Below, piece after piece: positions 35,523 through 40,281 of a stretch of DNA of 40,281 nucleotides. The position numbers and the translations under genes are program-made. The notes under the pieces were generated by a model. The model saw nothing but the letters and a program-made list of their open reading frames with translations. It was not told the DNA's origin and made no database searches. How positions within the stretch are numbered: the stretch's first letter is position 1; every line of letters begins with the position of its first letter. Source of the DNA: Asterionella formosa (Eukaryota). The stretch lies in the NCBI GenBank assembly GCA_002256025.1, contig NKIB01014823.1, forward strand, positions 1-40,281. The letters are read 5' to 3'.

Positions 35523-36132
35523 ACAAACAAACATACATACCGGAATAAATTTTAATGATTATGTTATCGCAACGTGTATCATACTGGCAATACCTTCAAT
35601 TCTATTACTGGTACACTCAAGTATTCATGCGTAAAGTATTCTGTACATGCAATTGCTTTTTTACTTCTTGTAGCAGCCAGTGATGAGGTCCAGGAATCCG
35701 ACGAAGCTCAGCTGACTTTCCATCCTGTCCTGGACCTCGCCAACATGCGTTGTCTTTTTCATTTCTTTCCTATTTCGGAGTGCGTACTAACTAATAAATT
35801 GCTTATTTTATAAACAAATCTGTCACATTTAAATTAAATAATAGCCATCAAAGGAGCACAAAATGTAGATACAGCGTGGTCCGCGATGTACCGGTACATA
35901 AACATACCACCAATATTCTCAAAATTCATACGAATCCCGATGTGATCATGCCTCGGTGTGGTGTGGTCATAGGTTATACATAGGCAGCAAAATTCTAGTG
36001 CTGGTATAATCGCTCACTCTATGATCGCTTTGGCTCTTTCTGGTTCTATCGTCGTGCTCCATTCTTGTCCTCGGAAACCCCTTCAACCCTTTAAGAAAAA
36101 CATCGGCAGCCAGGCAAGCTGAGCAAGTCAAA

Positions 36133-38307
36133 ATGATATCATTACAATCCATTTTCCTCTTCTTGTTGCTGTCCGCCGCCGCCATTCCGTGCGCCTTATG
36201 CACAGCGCTATCGAACTATACGAAACTCTTTAGTGCTTCGGATTGGATCATTTCTGGGCCCACCGTCTTTCCTAAACCCACCGATTTCGCTGGGAGCGAC
36301 ATTCTGCCTATCCTCACACCCACCATTGGCAAGCACAGGCCACACGTGGATGCTGTTTTCGTCTTCGCCATTGAGTACGAGTTAACCACCTATTTGACCT
36401 TTGTCAGTTCCCTACGAAAGACTGGCTTTCAGGGAGACATTGTCTTTGCTATTTCGGAGTTGGATTACAAAGATGCGGAAGTGAAAGATTTCTTGACCTA
36501 TGCGACTGGTAAGGAACGCAACTGCACTTGAGATGGCACGTTCTGATAGAAGTCAAGCATCGTTCACTCATTCGTCACTTTCTCTCGCTCTCTCACACAC
36601 ACATACACACAGGCGTTGTGACATATGTCGTTACCTTATCCTGTTTCAACTCCGAATTGCAGCATGTCGAATCGGCAAAGGGAGGCATGCGAGTTTGCCA
36701 AATTCACAGCCTCTTGGGCCGCAAGACCACAACGACACAAGGTCTCGAAGTTGCACCAATCCAAGATCCTCGCAAACCTCGCACGATTGCAATCCTTAGG
36801 TATGAACTTTTTTGGATCTGGTCTTTGAAATATATTCCTCATACATGGATCATGATTCTGGATGGAAGAGACACCTACTTCCAGAAAAATCCTTTTGAGA
36901 GCGTGCCGAGAACGGCCATAAAGGATGCGAACACGCAAGATGGTCTGTTGTATTTCTTTGGGGTAAGTGGAGAATGAATGCATGGAATTATTTGGTTGTC
37001 ATTTATACGTACGCTACTGGAGAATATGCTGACTAACCATGTTATCGCATTAGGAAAATGTTGACGCAACCCGCCTTGGAACTAGTATTAAGAATCGGGC
37101 TTGGCTCCAGCATGCTTATGGCGATACGGTAGTGAAAGCCTTGGAAGATAAACCAACAATTTGTTCCGGGGTTAGTATGGGTGAACAAGTGGCCATCGAA
37201 GCATACATTCGTGCCATGGTGGCAGAAGCGGACGAGACAGGGACAGTAATGATGGGGGCCGATCAGGGGTTTCACAATTATTTATTCCACACCAACAAGT
37301 TGGCAAATTCCAAGAATATCCGGAGTATTACAATCTTTGATCAGGGGTGGGGATTGGTCAACAACATGGGAGCCTTGAGAACAAAAGATTTGAATCAGTG
37401 GGGTAATGGAAAGATCCTTAATCATGTTGACGAGCATACCATATCTGTTTTGAATTGGGATGGGCTGCCCTCGCCAGTTGTTCATCAGTTTGATCGACAC
37501 AAAGAGCTGTCAAAGTATGTTCACAAGATCTTGGCGGATGAATTCAAATCGAAATATTTGGAGGAACATAATACTCGACTACAAGCTGCAGCCGCTCAAG
37601 CGGCTGCAGAACAAGCTGCGGCAGAGAAAGCAGCTGCGGACAAGGCGGCTGCAGACAAAGCAGCTGCGGACCAAGCTGCTGCAGCCCAGGCGACTCCAGA
37701 ACAAGCGGCGGCAGACAAAGCAGCTGCGGACAAGGCGGCTGCAGACAAAGCAGCTGCGGACCAAGCAGCTGCAGACAAAGCAGCCGCTGACACGGCGGCT
37801 GCAGCCCAGGCGACTCCAGACCAAGCGGCGGCAGACAAAGCAGCTGCAGACAAAGCGGCTGCGGACCAAGCGGCTGCAGACAAAGCGGCTGCGGACCAAG
37901 CAGCTGCAGCCCAGGCGACTCCCGACCAAGCGGCGGCAGACAAAGCAGCCGCGGACAAGGCGGCTGCAGACAAAGCGGCTGCGGACCAAGCGGCTGCAGA
38001 CAAAGCGGCTGCAGACAAGGCGGCTGCAGACAAAGCAGCTGCGGACCAAGCAGCTGCAGCCCAGGCGACTCCAGACCAAGCGGCTGCAGACAAAGCGGCT
38101 GCAGATAAGGCGGCTGCAGACAAAGCGGCTGCAGACAAAGCAGCGGCAGACAAAGCAGCTGCGGACAAGGCGGCTGCGGATCAAGCAGCTGCAGCCCAGG
38201 CGACTCCAGACCAAGTGGCGGCAGACAAAGCGGCTGCAGACAAAGCAGCAGCAGACAAAGCGGCTGCGGACCAAGCAGCTGCAGCGCAGGCGGCTGTAGT
38301 GGCATAG
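36133..38307 (+). CDS. Secreted or anchored GT-A-like putative glycosyltransferase with Ala-rich repeat tail, 659 aa; join(36133..36508,36613..36962,37054..38307)
   Basis: Signal peptide MISLQSIFLFLLLSAAA. Intron 1 GTAAGG..ACAG (phase 1) and intron 2 GTAAGT..GACTAAC..TTAG (phase 0) join three ORFs in frame. Motifs FVSSLRKTGFQGDIV, ILDGRDTYFQKNPF (DxxD), TICSG, ADQGFHNYL and PVVHQFDR are GT-A-like. Confidence 0.8.
37582..38296 (+). repeat. Coding minisatellite with 15-bp units encoding AAADK/AAADQ, punctuated by AAAAQ-ATPDQ
   Basis: About 47 pentapeptide units such as gcggctgcagacaaa and gcagctgcggaccaa, with variation mostly at synonymous sites. Confidence 0.95.
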
Positions 38308-38769
38308 TAGAATTAACTGTTTATGCGTTTTTAATACTTAATGATTCCTAGCGAAATCTCTCGTGTTGCTGCGGCTATCATATCCAGCAGACATGAGAAT
38401 TCCTCTGCCTTTTTTATTAAGCATTAACATTTGATAGAACTTGTAGAAGTTCGTCGATAATAGGCGTGAGGGTTCTAAGTCTAATGTGCGACAGTTTCTA
38501 CACTAGACTCAGTGAAGTCGGTAATCCTCCCATGACAATCTAGACAGAGAAAAAAAAACAAATTGCTCACTTTGCTTAGGGACAGTTGGCGAGAGCAACC
38601 TTACCGACTATGTAATGGAGGTGATCTCGTGTGCCTCCTCTCGTTGCTATGCTGTGGAGTAAGAATAGCCATTCGCAGTTTTAAAAGTGAATGGAAAACT
38701 ATACCATAACCCTATAACATTTAACCAAAGGCATTACTATAAGGTACATTGAAAAAACGAGCGACTTCA

Positions 38770-39918
38770 TCATGAATTGACACTTGTTCGCTTCTCGAAA
38801 TGGAACATCTCATTCGAATAATCGTCTTTGTAAAACTCCTCTACCAAAGCCTCTGAATTCTTGTCAAAGTACTCCCGCAAATATTTATCCGCTTTGGTAC
38901 TATGCTTGACATTCGAAATGGATTGGAAAATCGATTCGTTCCCTGTATTACCCCAGCCACTAGAACCGAACTCTTCCCAAGCACCCAATCGCTCGAGTAG
39001 GACCCTAGTGTCGACGGCAGCTGTTTCAATGTGCCCTACGAAATCGATCGTCTCCCAAAATCGATCCTCCATACGATGCGCTTGTGGCATCCAATGTGGA
39101 TCGACACAATGCTTCATCACACCCAAAAATCCCTCCACCGTGGCAGCTTCTTTACCGCAATCAGGACAGCATTGGATATTTACATAATCGCCCTTATCGC
39201 GGACGGCCTTGTCCAAGTATGCGGACAAGAATCTTTCTTTGGGGTCTCTGAGAAAGATCGCTCTTGTCCACTCACTTGATTTCAACATTTCTGTGGCTGT
39301 TGGGATATCGTAGGAATGCAGATACTTCAGGCCATTTTTAGAGGGCAGGTGTGGAAGCAAACCGTCCTTACCTACATCGATCCAATTCGGAATATTTGCC
39401 ATTCGTCGAAACAATTGCTTGAAAACGGTACAACCCACTTTAGGGATTGTAAAGAATATTAGTTTGTACTTTTCCACGACGATGGGTGAACCATCCCAAA
39501 CGCCTTTTCTATAGATATAGCAATCGCTTGTTACAAAGTTGTGATTGACGAGGCCAAACTTTTCCGAGTTCAAAATCACCTTTCCTTTACTTTCAACCGC
39601 CCTCTTGTATGCCATCATTCTAAACATGTCTTTCGCTTTCTTCCTTTTTAACTGTTCCGCTTCAATGTGTGCTATCCTCATAGCCGAGGTTTGACGAACA
39701 GGACGGCCTTTATTTTCTCCTTGTACCTGCACCGGCGTACCATTATTACCCAGTACGCCATTAGTATTAGGAATCATCACATCGTCACTACTATTCAACA
39801 CACCATCATCCTTGTAACGCCAAAGAAGGACCAACATAACGGAAGCGGCGACTATTTTCAAGATATGCAGGAGCCGTTGTAGTGAATGTCCACGATGACT
39901 TCGAAGTTTTTGAGTCAT
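38770..39918 (-). CDS. Carbohydrate sulfotransferase (Sulfotransfer_2 family), type II membrane, 382 aa
   Basis: First ATG at 39918. TM anchor ILKIVAASVMLVLLW; 5'-PSB FFTIPKVGCTVFKQ; 3'-PB IFLRDPKERFLSAYLDK; DPHWMPQ, IDFVGHIE and terminal YKDDY. Confidence 0.88.
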   Translation of the reverse strand: MTQKLRSHRGHSLQRLLHILKIVAASVMLVLLWRYKDDGVLNSSDDVMIPNTNGVLGNNGTPVQVQGENKGRPVRQTSAMRIAHIEAEQLKRKKAKDMFRMMAYKRAVESKGKVILNSEKFGLVNHNFVTSDCYIYRKGVWDGSPIVVEKYKLIFFTIPKVGCTVFKQLFRRMANIPNWIDVGKDGLLPHLPSKNGLKYLHSYDIPTATEMLKSSEWTRAIFLRDPKERFLSAYLDKAVRDKGDYVNIQCCPDCGKEAATVEGFLGVMKHCVDPHWMPQAHRMEDRFWETIDFVGHIETAAVDTRVLLERLGAWEEFGSSGWGNTGNESIFQSISNVKHSTKADKYLREYFDKNSEALVEEFYKDDYSNEMFHFEKRTSVNS

Positions 39919-40281
39919 GATTTTTGGATGCGTTGGTCGAATACCAATAGGGAGTCCTGATTCTCGCTGATACAGATGTGTTGCATCCACTGAAAACTGC
40001 AAGTTGCTTGTTGTAAGGAGGCGGAGTATATTTAATGCAATCACAGACCCTGAACACAGGAGCAGAATATCGGTACAAGATGACTACCAGAATGCTGCGA
40101 CTTAAATATAGGCAGAACACCGCCACACAAGTCTTTTCGTTATTGTTAGGATTTGAGATTGGAATTCGCTCAGGACGACAATGTTTTCCTGACAAATTTA
40201 TTTTGGGGCAGGAGTTTTCGACATGAAGCAATGATGGAATCAAAGAAGCAGGTCCGATTGTGGATTACGAACTCTACTACC

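Noticed and set aside
15522..35555. ORFs consisting mostly of X
   Set aside because: Artefacts of the three N gaps.
37460..38305. Long alternative-frame and antisense ORFs over the Ala repeat
   Set aside because: A by-product of a stop-free 15-bp repeat; variation is mostly synonymous in the AAADK frame.

Overview
Eukaryotic genomic scaffold, most likely a diatom or other stramenopile. This is inferred from short GT-AG introns, the protein family make-up and diatom-type TE remnants. Three assembly gaps are present. Intact genes: a ~2,900-aa TMEM131-like type I membrane protein (two exons), three paralogous small cysteine-rich genes, a fucosyltransferase-like GT-B protein, an F-box plus tandem DUSP-like protein, a three-exon glycosyltransferase-like protein with a ~240-aa AAADK/AAADQ repeat tail, and a Sulfotransfer_2-family sulfotransferase. 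Between the genes are islands of decayed TEs: two PIF/Harbinger, two IS630/Tc1-mariner-like, one Ty1/copia and a possible tyrosine recombinase. Two cleanly bounded insertions are not visible in the ORF track: a ~315-bp A-tailed SINE-like retroposon with a 13-bp TSD and tRNA-like hairpin, and a 1,008-bp TA-flanked MITE with 31-bp TIRs nested in the copia remnant. All family calls come from motif recognition by eye; no searches were run.
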